From the NCBI GenBank assembly GCA_046570105.1, contig JBKHVI010000045.1:1-23015 (forward strand): 23,015 nt of DNA. The letters are read 5' to 3'. Below the pieces are notes generated by a model, which was given only the letters and a program-made list of their open reading frames with translations, searched no databases and had not been told where the DNA came from. This document shows, one piece after another, positions 11,084 through 19,549 of the stretch (its first letter is position 1; each line of letters begins with the position of its first letter). The DNA is from Bacteriovoracia bacterium (GTDB lineage Bacteria > Bdellovibrionota > Bacteriovoracia > Bacteriovoracales > Bacteriovoracaceae). The position numbers and the translations under genes were made by a program.

Positions 11084-11512
11084 GTGAACACCTTTAATCC
11101 CGACTGGAACAAACTTGGGCTCTATTTCATTCCTTCGGATGGACACTATTTAAGCTATTTCTTAAAGCGTTCCTGGGGAAATTATCTGTTTTTCCCACAC
11201 CCGGAAATCGATCAAATGTTCCCGTTTATTCTGGCGAGTGGCGGAATCTATAAAATTTTTGATCCCACACTCCCCTTTCCTTTCACTAATAAGCGCTTAT
11301 TCGACAAATTTGGGGCCCCTACTATCGGAACTGGCCTTCAGCACCATGTCGATTTTTTGGTGGAAAATTGCCCCGATGATTACTTTGATATCGACCTAAC
11401 TATCACTGAACACGAGTTCTGCCTCAAGATTCAACAAGAAAACTTCCTCTTTATTGATGGCGCACAAGCGCCTAGTCGGCCAGGAAACGTACTGCGTCGC
11501 CTAAAAAGTTAG
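11084..11512 (+). CDS. Hypothetical protein, possibly a degenerate metallo-beta-lactamase-fold protein
   Basis: GTG start. SYFLKRSWGNYLFF...ILASGGIYKIF...LFDKFGAPTI resembles the N-terminal half of MBL-fold hydrolases, but the metal-binding His motif is missing. Confidence 0.6.
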   Translation: MNTFNPDWNKLGLYFIPSDGHYLSYFLKRSWGNYLFFPHPEIDQMFPFILASGGIYKIFDPTLPFPFTNKRLFDKFGAPTIGTGLQHHVDFLVENCPDDYFDIDLTITEHEFCLKIQQENFLFIDGAQAPSRPGNVLRRLKS

Positions 11513-11593
11513 CTTAATTTAAGATTAATTGCCGTGAACTTCTCCCTTCACTCGACATACAATATGAGAACTAACTTCCTACAAGGTGAACTT

Positions 11594-12076
11594 ATGACTT
11601 TTCCACAAGAACTCAAAGACCACAGCAAAGACAACTACATTCAAAAATGTATCTACATGGTGAATTTGTTCAAAGATAAGAACCAAGCACTATGGGAAGA
11701 ACTCAAGGCCAAGCTTGAAACCATCAAGCCTGAAGATTCATGGAATTTCTTTCACGAGTTAGTGGAAGCTTATAAGCCTTACGCCAACGCAACTGCCATG
11801 GTGACTGAGGCTAAGGCCAGTGCCAAAAAAGCTGTAAAAAATGTCGTCAAGAAGGCCAAAGAAGTAGAAAAGAAAGTCGCTAAGACTGTTGCTAAGGCCG
11901 TTGCTAAAAAACCGGCCAAGAAAGCCGCAAAGAAAGTAGCGAAAAAAGCTCCTGCTAAAAAAGCCGCCAAGAAAGTAGCGAAGAAAGTAGCGAAGAAGGT
12001 AGCGAAGAAAGCTCCGGCCAAGAAAGCCGCTGCAAAAAAAGTTGTAAAGAAGAAAGCTGCTAAGAAAAAGAAGTAA
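11594..12076 (+). CDS. Histone H1-like (Lys/Ala/Pro-rich) putative nucleoid protein with an unknown N-terminal helical domain
   Basis: AAGGTG SD before the ATG at 11594. The C-terminal ~90 aa consist of KKVA/PAKKAA repeats, and a strong terminator follows. Confidence 0.82.
   Translation: MTFPQELKDHSKDNYIQKCIYMVNLFKDKNQALWEELKAKLETIKPEDSWNFFHELVEAYKPYANATAMVTEAKASAKKAVKNVVKKAKEVEKKVAKTVAKAVAKKPAKKAAKKVAKKAPAKKAAKKVAKKVAKKVAKKAPAKKAAAKKVVKKKAAKKKK
11969..12011 (+). repeat. 12-bp in-frame tandem repeat (AAGAAAGTAGCG, about 3.5 copies; KKVA)
   Basis: Copies at 11969, 11981 and 11993 (one mismatch), plus a partial copy at 12005. Confidence 0.85.
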
Positions 12077-12107
12077 AAAAAAGGCCCTCGGAAGAGGGCC
12101 TTTTTTT
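12075..12107. terminator. Bidirectional Rho-independent terminator
   Basis: A-run, GGCCCTC-ggaa-GAGGGCC, T7, between convergent genes whose TAA stops lie at either end. Confidence 0.93.
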
Positions 12108-12573
12108 AGAATAAAACGATTCCGCCAGTCTCCCAATCATTGTCCCCGCGTTCAGGGAACTCACTGCCTTCCCAGCTTGAGTTGTCACGATGATGTTCCC
12201 CATCATCTGCATGACGTTCCCAATAACCTGGACGATCATAATCATCACTTGGTGTATCGCTCGATGGACGAAGACGCTTTTGACATTTGAAAGACTCACC
12301 AGATTTTTTGCAAGATTCATAGAAAGCGCGTGTACGCGTTTCTTGTAAACGGCAACGAACTTCGCCGCACTTAAAGTAGGCATCAGCAACTTCAAAAACA
12401 TGCACGCCCCACTTGGCGACAATGCGGGCCTTGTACATCTCTAAACTTGAAACAAAACGAATTTCAGTTGATTGAAAAACAACTTTGTGACCGTTGAGAC
12501 TTCTCACTCGTGGAAGATCAACCGCCTGAGCAACGGAAGCAACTAAAAGCGAAATAAGCACAAGCCATTTCAT
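12106..12573 (-). CDS. Hypothetical secreted protein
   Basis: AAGGAG SD, signal peptide MKWLVLISLLVASVAQA, two short Cys pairs (CGEVRC, CKKSGESFKC) and an acidic low-complexity tail. Confidence 0.78.
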   Translation of the reverse strand: MKWLVLISLLVASVAQAVDLPRVRSLNGHKVVFQSTEIRFVSSLEMYKARIVAKWGVHVFEVADAYFKCGEVRCRLQETRTRAFYESCKKSGESFKCQKRLRPSSDTPSDDYDRPGYWERHADDGEHHRDNSSWEGSEFPERGDNDWETGGIVLF

Positions 12574-12635
12574 AAGGACTCCTTCTGAGATTAAAGTTGC
12601 CGCCTTGTAGCATAAGGCCCATGAAGTGGGAAGAG

Positions 12636-14321
12636 TTAGAAGTAGTGAACTAGTCCGGCGAGAGTCTCAAAGTGAGTCTTTTCTGACTGAAAACGTGACA
12701 GGCGTACGCCCCAATCAGAATTGAAACTCCAAGCAAAGGAAACTTCAACTGTTAGGCGCTGATTAACACCCCAGAGATGCTTCACATCTGTCAAAACTTT
12801 CCAACTCTCCCCTTTAATCCCTAATAAACTGCGCGCCCCAAGATTCATGACGGCCCCATCGGGTGAATCTCCCAAGGCCTCACCCATCAACATAAGACTG
12901 GCAATCAAGCGATCACTGCCTAAGCTGTAACCAATGCCTGCCGAACCTGCTGCTGTTAAGGATTGTTTTGCGAATTCGCGTGGGGCCTTAAGCCCAAACT
13001 GAGTAAACCAACTTAAATCCCAGCCTAGATCGTTATAAGGAGAGAGTGAAATCACTTCGGCGAGAGTGAATTCACGCACGAACACTTTCTCTTGATGCTC
13101 GAGGCTCATTCTCAATACATCCAAAGTACTCCATGGTTCATAACCCAGATCCTGATCCAGTAGATCATGCTGGGCCAAGCGTACTTCGAGCCTCTCACGC
13201 TTCTCTCCCGCACTTAAAATTGCTCTTCTGAGACCATGGCCCTCATGTGGACTATTATTAGCTCTCGGTACAATGACCTCTGAACTTGCACGCGAACTCT
13301 GCGCTCGCAGGCTCAATTGCTGATGATAATCTTTTTCCTCTAAGGCCTTGAGTTTCTTCAAGCGACTCTTGAGTTGATAGTAGGCGAGCTTTTTATCCTG
13401 CTCTTCCTCAGGAGTTTGACTCTCTCCTCGCGCTAAATATTGACGACGCAAAGAGGGCCTGAATTGAGGTTCACCTAACAGTTCGGCATCTCGTAAAATA
13501 CGCACGGTCTCAGCAGGAATAATGTAAAACGGTGCAGTTTGCGAGAGTTTCAGTTTCGGATTGGCGACCTCTAACAAACGTAGGATTTGCCACGAGCAGT
13601 TTTCATCAAAAAACCAATAATCAAACCAAGTGCTCGCCTCCATCTCCCACATATGCGCCAAGAGAATATCGATTCCCTCAGGTGACATTTTAAGGGAATA
13701 CTCCCACAGATCACGGGCCTCACCATGGTTGTACTCATTCACTTTGATAAAATAGGGGGCCAAGGAATAATGCCCTTGATAACCACCAAAGACTCCTAAC
13801 AGGGCAAACTCCACTCCTCCATCACTGCCAGTGGTGGCGGCAAAGTTAACGGCATAATCGAGCAAATCTTTGCCAACTCCAGGACCTTTAAGTCTTAAAA
13901 ATGTATGCCCAAACATCGAGGCCGGATTGTTAGGATAGGCCGAAGCAAAAACCAGCGAGAGTTCTGTGACCGGCAGTCCTTGGCGCCATTCTTTATAGGC
14001 CTCACATTTCACTTCAGGAAACTTCAAACCCAAATCACGCTCCAAGATGAGTTTCCTTGCGGGAAACACACAGGCCGCAGGGGTTTTGAGAACACCCATT
14101 AATTTGTGTGGATCTTTCAGTGCCTCAATGGTGGCGGCTAATTCAGCTGCAGAATTTGTTTTGCCATCTTTTGAGAGAAAGAATCCTGGACCATCAGCTT
14201 CGCTTTTATAACCAGTCCAGGTTTTTTGATAGTGAATGAGATTAAGCCATTGAGCTGAGTGAGCGAACTCACTGGCCTGGGTGGAATGAATCCACCCAGT
14301 CAGAAAGAGAAAAAGAAACAA
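12636..14321 (-). CDS. DUF4105 (Lnb N-terminal-like, papain/NlpC-P60-like) domain protein with a probable C-terminal outer-membrane beta-strand domain
   Basis: QWLNLIHY, CVFPAR, LVFASAYPNNPASMFGHTFLR, E-x-RDLWEY and YWFFDENCS. The C-terminal third has alternating beta-strand patterns and ends in aromatic VHYF. TTG start 1 nt after the DUF3015 stop. Confidence 0.86.
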   Translation of the reverse strand: MFLFLFLTGWIHSTQASEFAHSAQWLNLIHYQKTWTGYKSEADGPGFFLSKDGKTNSAAELAATIEALKDPHKLMGVLKTPAACVFPARKLILERDLGLKFPEVKCEAYKEWRQGLPVTELSLVFASAYPNNPASMFGHTFLRLKGPGVGKDLLDYAVNFAATTGSDGGVEFALLGVFGGYQGHYSLAPYFIKVNEYNHGEARDLWEYSLKMSPEGIDILLAHMWEMEASTWFDYWFFDENCSWQILRLLEVANPKLKLSQTAPFYIIPAETVRILRDAELLGEPQFRPSLRRQYLARGESQTPEEEQDKKLAYYQLKSRLKKLKALEEKDYHQQLSLRAQSSRASSEVIVPRANNSPHEGHGLRRAILSAGEKRERLEVRLAQHDLLDQDLGYEPWSTLDVLRMSLEHQEKVFVREFTLAEVISLSPYNDLGWDLSWFTQFGLKAPREFAKQSLTAAGSAGIGYSLGSDRLIASLMLMGEALGDSPDGAVMNLGARSLLGIKGESWKVLTDVKHLWGVNQRLTVEVSFAWSFNSDWGVRLSRFQSEKTHFETLAGLVHYF

Positions 14322-14322
14322 G

Positions 14323-14811
14323 CTAGATCATGGCCATATTGTCGCAACTCTGAGCAATTTGAGTGCTCTTGAATGAACGAGAGAGGCCTTGTAAAAGCGC
14401 TTTAGCATCGGTTTTTTCAGAGGCGAATAGCTCGCCGTAAGAATTTTTCGCCCATTGAGTGAATTCAGCTTGAGCTGCTGGTGTGCAACCGAGCACTTGA
14501 GCAAAAGTTGCGAGGTATTCGCCTTGGCCCATCGCCATTTCGTGACGAAGTTCTGGAAGGTTCGCCTCAGCATAATAAACCGGATACATATCACGCTTCA
14601 CAATGCTGTGCTGTGAACATCCTGAAGTTCCTGTGGTGATACCGAAAAGCTGCGAAGAAAAACTATGGTTCGTTGTGGCACGAAAAAGTGCTGAGACAAT
14701 TGAGTTTTGCTTCCAAATCATTGTGCCCAAACCACAACCCATACTGGAGTCGGCCTTGGCGTGAAGACTCAAACCCATAGCGAATAAAACGAAAGCAATA
14801 AGAAGGCGCAT
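14323..14811 (-). CDS. DUF3015 family protein
   Basis: Signal peptide, GCGLG, TTN...SQLFGITTGTSGC and EMAMGQGEYLATFAQVLGC. The ATG at 14811 has AAGGAG at suitable spacing. Confidence 0.9.
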   Translation of the reverse strand: MRLLIAFVLFAMGLSLHAKADSSMGCGLGTMIWKQNSIVSALFRATTNHSFSSQLFGITTGTSGCSQHSIVKRDMYPVYYAEANLPELRHEMAMGQGEYLATFAQVLGCTPAAQAEFTQWAKNSYGELFASEKTDAKALLQGLSRSFKSTQIAQSCDNMAMI

Positions 14812-14974
14812 TTTCACTCCTTGAAAAATTTACACTATTATCTCTTACTGGAGCAAAAGCGCAATTTCCTGACTAAGTCACTTCCCTCTTAAACCCTGTC
14901 AGTTTTTCAATTCCTACTCTCAGAATAAGTTCTTTATGGGATCACACTCACTCTTATAACTTCAGGAGAACGGT

Positions 14975-15562
14975 ATGCTTATTCCCGTCTTTCTCTCATT
15001 GGCCTTGCAATCCCTTCTTCCCGGATCAAATGCCCTGGCCTTTGATCAAATGATTAAGGTTGCCGATGGCAGCTGGGCCGTGTGCCAGACTGCAGAAGAT
15101 TCTTTCCATCACATGCATGGAACCTATCGCATGGATGTGGTCGGTCCCCAGATCAAGAGTGATTGGCTCGTTTTTACGGTAAAAGTTGAGTTTCTTGCTT
15201 GCAAGAAAAACAGTTCCGGCGCCTGGGGATTCACACCCGTTCCTACTCACGCCCCTTTGCGCTACGAACTAGAAAACGAGCAAGTTACGGTTCATACCAA
15301 AGATGTTTTCTTGACCCTCTCTAAGGGAAGCCAGTTCATTTCAAGCTTGGCCTGGGATCCAGGAAGTCGTTTAGTGGCGATCGGAATCAATGAGGCCTTA
15401 AGTGAAGCAGAGCTTGAAAAATTTAAGGCCGGCGATGAGATTGAGACCAGTGTCGATTTTCAACTTGAGAAAAATATCTTGATCGTTGGTAAAGATGGAG
15501 CGGCCAGTGATGAGCGCTTCTCATTTGGAACTCATAAGCTCAGCTTTAAACTTAAAAGGTAG
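14975..15562 (+). CDS. Hypothetical secreted protein, first gene of the second efflux operon
   Basis: CAGGAG SD, signal peptide, two Cys and an HHMH motif. Only 3 nt separate it from the adaptor gene. Confidence 0.8.
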   Translation: MLIPVFLSLALQSLLPGSNALAFDQMIKVADGSWAVCQTAEDSFHHMHGTYRMDVVGPQIKSDWLVFTVKVEFLACKKNSSGAWGFTPVPTHAPLRYELENEQVTVHTKDVFLTLSKGSQFISSLAWDPGSRLVAIGINEALSEAELEKFKAGDEIETSVDFQLEKNILIVGKDGAASDERFSFGTHKLSFKLKR

Positions 15563-15565
15563 ATT

Positions 15566-16396
15566 ATGCTTCGCTCAGCTTTCCTTCTGACAATTATTTT
15601 CCAAGCGAGTTTAAGTTTTGCTGCAACGGCGCCTGAAGTCTTTACGCAAAAGCTTGCGCTCACTCCAGTTAAGCAGACGCTACTTTTCCCCGCGCTGGTT
15701 AAAAGCCGTGTTGAATCCAATATCAAAGCGGACGGTGAACTGATTGTCGTCAAAGGACATGTGACTCTCGGTCAGCGAGTCAAAAAGGGAGACATCCTCT
15801 TAGAACTTAAACAACAGGACACATCACAGAATTTTCATAATCGCATGCTACGCGCACCTGTGGCGGGTGTGGTCGCTTCTCTTTATGTGAATGAAGGACA
15901 ATACGTCGCTCGCGGTGAAGACCTCGTGCTTATTAATGAACCAGAAAATCTTTATTTAAAGCTTGAAATGCCGGCCGCTCATCATGCGGAAGTCAAAGTT
16001 GGCCTTAAAGCACGTGGTCCTTCGAAAACTCCCTTTGAAGCAAAAATCTCAGGAGTGGGAGCAGTCTTAGATGCCGCTCTGGGGACAGTGCCCGTTGAAG
16101 CTGAATTTGATAACAAAATGAGTTTTGTCCCAGGAACTATTCTTAATCTAGAAATCGTTCTCGCCGAGCAAGAAAAACTTTTGGTTCCTGAAAATGCGCT
16201 CTATTATGCTGGCGAAAAGATCTTCCTCCCCTTGCTAGAAAACAGCAAAGTTAAAAAAGTTGAGATCACGACAGCACCTGCGAGCAAAGGCCAAGTGGAA
16301 ATCATTACTGGTGCCAAGTTAGGTGACGAAGCGATTGTAGGAGCGGGTGAGTTTTTAAAAGATGGCGACAAAGTTCGCATAGCTAAGAAAAATTAA
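15566..16396 (+). CDS. RND periplasmic adaptor (MFP), short form lacking the alpha-hairpin
   Basis: Lipoyl halves GQRVKKGDILLEL and LRAPVAGVVASLYVNEGQYVARGEDL, and membrane-proximal motifs LLVPENAL and VEIITGAKLGDEAIVGAGEFLKDGDKV. Confidence 0.9.
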   Translation: MLRSAFLLTIIFQASLSFAATAPEVFTQKLALTPVKQTLLFPALVKSRVESNIKADGELIVVKGHVTLGQRVKKGDILLELKQQDTSQNFHNRMLRAPVAGVVASLYVNEGQYVARGEDLVLINEPENLYLKLEMPAAHHAEVKVGLKARGPSKTPFEAKISGVGAVLDAALGTVPVEAEFDNKMSFVPGTILNLEIVLAEQEKLLVPENALYYAGEKIFLPLLENSKVKKVEITTAPASKGQVEIITGAKLGDEAIVGAGEFLKDGDKVRIAKKN

Positions 16397-19300
16397 ATGC
16401 TCTCACTCGGTTTAAAAAATCCATTCAGGCTTTTTGTTTTGCTCATTTTAGTGGCCGGTGTTGGTATTTGGTCTGGAATGGAGCTACCGGTTTCACTCTA
16501 TCCGCAAACGTCGAAACCTGTTGTACGTATGTCGGTTATTTATGCTGGACTCTCATCGGAAGAGTTTATCCGTAAATATGGTGCGACGATTGAATACCAA
16601 CTTGAAAATATCAAAAACACCGGGCTTAAACTCGAAAGTGTCAAGGCCAACTACGGCCATACCAATGTTGACTACACCGTTACCTATGATTGGCATATTC
16701 CTTTCGCCCAAGCGCTCAAAGAAGTCCAAACTGTCGCCGCTGGCGCGAAAGGTTTTTTACCTCGTGAAAGCGCTGATTCAATCTCCGTCTGGCAGTGGAA
16801 TGAGAATGCTGGTTTTCTGGCGTTGAGTTTTTACGGCAAACGCCAGACCTTAAATGAGCTCTATAATTTACTCGATCCTATCCTCTCTCCTGGTCTTAAA
16901 AATATTCCCGATGCCGAAGAAGCACTGCTTTGGAACCCTGAATCTCAAGAAGTTAGCATCTCACTTTATCCTGAGAAGATGGTGGTCTATGGCCTCCTTC
17001 CAGGAGAGATCTATCGCAGTCTTGATGCTGCACTTCCCTCGTTAACAGGTGGAGAGCTGCGTATCGGCCAAAAAGGTGCCCACCTCCAAATCCCTACTGC
17101 ACTAGTGAGCAAAGAGACGCTGGAAAATCATGTCGTGGCCCTGCAAGATGGCAAACGCATTACACTTAAAGATATTGCCGAGGTCACCATCGGCCGATCG
17201 GAGAAACAAAGTCGCGCCTTTAAAACAGATGGCAAAGAGTCTCTTATTCTTTTTGCTAATCCAAAGAGTGGTGCCAACGTCAAACGCATGGCCGAAGATG
17301 TCTTGGCCCATGTGAAAAAAAATGAAAAGCTTTTGCCAGAAGGTGTGGAGTATAAGGTTCTCGTTGATCCTTCCGAATTTATTCGCAACTCGATTCAAAA
17401 CCTGATGAAAGATGTGATCTTAGCGGCCTTCCTTGCCGTCTTAGTTCTCTTTTTATTTATCGGTAACTTCAAAAACGTTGCCACTGCTGCACTAGAAATC
17501 CCTTTGAGCATGATTGTTGCTTTTATAGTTATGAAAGCGACAGATATGAATCTCAATCTCATCTCGCTAGGTGGACTCGCGCTGGCCGCCGGCATGAATG
17601 TGGATGCCTCTGTAGTGGTGATGGAGAATATTTTTAGGCGTCAGGCCGAATGGCTTAAAAACAACTCAGGCGAGATGAATTGGCAGGAGCGCTTTGATAT
17701 TATCTTGTCTGCCGTCAGAGAAGTTGCTGCTCCTATTTTTCTATCGATTGCCACCACATTAATTGTTTTTATCCCTCTGGCCATGACCACCGATCTCACC
17801 AACGCAATTCTAGGTGATCTCGCACGCGCGGTGATTTACTCCCATGCTGTTTCCGGGTTTGTTGCTATCTTTGTCGTCCCTACTATTCGCTTAGTCTTGA
17901 TGAAAGATGCCCGCATGAAGCCTGCTCCCCTTGCTCCAGTTATGCGTGTCTTAGAAAATAAGTATCTTTTGCTTATGGAGAAAGGTTTAGATTTTCCTAA
18001 ATTGAAATGGGTGGCGATTTCTCTTCCCATCATCCTCGCAGGACTACTTTTGTGGACGATCGTTCCTAGGCTTCCCAAAGAAATTGTCGGAACTCCCGAC
18101 ACGGACTGGATTTTCATGGCGGTGACAGCGCCTCAATCAAGCGCTCCACGTCAGATGGAAAATATCCTGCAAGAAGTAGAGTCGAAGGCGATGAAAGTGG
18201 TGGGAACAAAAGTCGCCTACACCTTTATGCAGATGCACAATAAGACCAACGGCAACGTCATGCTTCGTTTGAAAGATAAAAGCGACATGAAATCCACGGT
18301 TAAAACGCTACAAGAACTTTTACAAAATACCCCTGATCAATTTTTCTATGTCGATGCTTGGAATCCAGCAGAACTTCCTCTACCGCAAATGAATCATCTC
18401 GAACTTCGTCTGACAGGATCAAAACACGAAGATATTCGCCAGAGTGTCTCTCGTCTTAAATATTTCTTGAATGAGCAAGGCGACTACAAACGCATCAACA
18501 CCACTCCTTCTGAGCCACGCTCGAAAATCTTGCGTTTCATTCCTCATGAGCATCTTTGGAGTCAGTTGCAACTTCCCATGATGGATATTCTCGATCTCAC
18601 GATCTATACCCAAAATGGTAAATCTCCGGGCTCCATGATGGTCGATGGCAAGATGACTCCTCTCACAATTGCCTTCGCGGATGAGCGCTACAAAGATCCG
18701 GAACTCTTAGGGGCCTACCCTCTTAAGATGAACAGCAAAGTCATCCCACTCTCGGCCTTAGGTGAATTTGAATTGGCCGATGTGGCCTCAAATATTTACC
18801 GTCAAGATGGCCGTGAACAGGCGCTGATCACCTCAACGCTTGATAAAAATGATGAAGATAAATGGGAAGCTTTGAGTGTGCGTTACGAAAAGCTCGTAAA
18901 AGATAACACCGCTCAAATCACTGCCGGTAAAGACGTTACCATCGAAGCGGTCAGACCCAAAAAAGAACTCTTCGCCGCTTTGGCCCAGTTAAAGAACTCG
19001 TTGTTGATTTCGCTCATTTTGATTGCTCTCGTGCTTTGGCTCCAGTTTCAATCACTGCGCTATGTTTCAATTATCATGCTCACTATCCCTCTAGGTTTTA
19101 TCGGAGCACTGATCTCCTTATTTGCCTTTCAATCTACGCTCTCACTTAATTCTGCTTTGGGAATAATTCTGCTCAATGGAATTGCCGTGAATAACGCTAT
19201 TCTGTTAGTTGAAGTCTACACTCAACTTCTCGAGAAAGGATTAAGTTCAAGAGATGCACTTCGTGAAACTTGTCGCTCACGCTTACGTCCGATCCTCATC

Positions 19301-19549
19301 ACATCACTCACCACTATGTTAGGTATGTTACCCATCGCGATGGGCTGGGGAGATGGCGGTAAAATTCTTCAACCACTAGGCATCGTAGTGGCGTTTGGTC
19401 TTTTCTTCTCGACACTGATGGCGCTCTTTATTGTTCCTTGGGTGCTTTACTCTCCTAAGGCCAGTAAGTTAACAACTCACGACAATACAGATCTTAAGAG
19501 CACAGCGATCAAGAATCTCTCTTCGTCTGAGGAGATTTCTCTCCAATGA
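16397..19549 (+). CDS. RND efflux transporter permease (divergent AcrB/AcrD/AcrF family)
   Basis: 1050 aa with ELPVSLYPQ, LNLISLGGLALAAGMNVDASVVVMENIFR, GIAVNNAILLVE, RLRPILITSLTTMLGMLPIA and LQPLGIVVAFGLFFSTL. Starts directly after the adaptor stop. Confidence 0.95.
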   Translation: MLSLGLKNPFRLFVLLILVAGVGIWSGMELPVSLYPQTSKPVVRMSVIYAGLSSEEFIRKYGATIEYQLENIKNTGLKLESVKANYGHTNVDYTVTYDWHIPFAQALKEVQTVAAGAKGFLPRESADSISVWQWNENAGFLALSFYGKRQTLNELYNLLDPILSPGLKNIPDAEEALLWNPESQEVSISLYPEKMVVYGLLPGEIYRSLDAALPSLTGGELRIGQKGAHLQIPTALVSKETLENHVVALQDGKRITLKDIAEVTIGRSEKQSRAFKTDGKESLILFANPKSGANVKRMAEDVLAHVKKNEKLLPEGVEYKVLVDPSEFIRNSIQNLMKDVILAAFLAVLVLFLFIGNFKNVATAALEIPLSMIVAFIVMKATDMNLNLISLGGLALAAGMNVDASVVVMENIFRRQAEWLKNNSGEMNWQERFDIILSAVREVAAPIFLSIATTLIVFIPLAMTTDLTNAILGDLARAVIYSHAVSGFVAIFVVPTIRLVLMKDARMKPAPLAPVMRVLENKYLLLMEKGLDFPKLKWVAISLPIILAGLLLWTIVPRLPKEIVGTPDTDWIFMAVTAPQSSAPRQMENILQEVESKAMKVVGTKVAYTFMQMHNKTNGNVMLRLKDKSDMKSTVKTLQELLQNTPDQFFYVDAWNPAELPLPQMNHLELRLTGSKHEDIRQSVSRLKYFLNEQGDYKRINTTPSEPRSKILRFIPHEHLWSQLQLPMMDILDLTIYTQNGKSPGSMMVDGKMTPLTIAFADERYKDPELLGAYPLKMNSKVIPLSALGEFELADVASNIYRQDGREQALITSTLDKNDEDKWEALSVRYEKLVKDNTAQITAGKDVTIEAVRPKKELFAALAQLKNSLLISLILIALVLWLQFQSLRYVSIIMLTIPLGFIGALISLFAFQSTLSLNSALGIILLNGIAVNNAILLVEVYTQLLEKGLSSRDALRETCRSRLRPILITSLTTMLGMLPIAMGWGDGGKILQPLGIVVAFGLFFSTLMALFIVPWVLYSPKASKLTTHDNTDLKSTAIKNLSSSEEISLQ

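Noticed and set aside
11759..12422. Minus-strand ORFs 11759-12136, 11779-12021 and 12060-12422
   Set aside because: The first two are antisense read-outs of the Lys/Ala repeat gene. The third is an off-frame overlap of the 12106-12573 gene and crosses the terminator.
14870..14880. TGACT-A-AGTCA inverted repeat in the divergent DUF3015/efflux promoter region
   Set aside because: 5-bp arms arise easily by chance, and no cognate regulator is nearby.
16458..18613. Small ORFs inside the second RND gene
   Set aside because: They are off-frame or antisense within a well-supported 1050-aa CDS and show no recognisable motifs.
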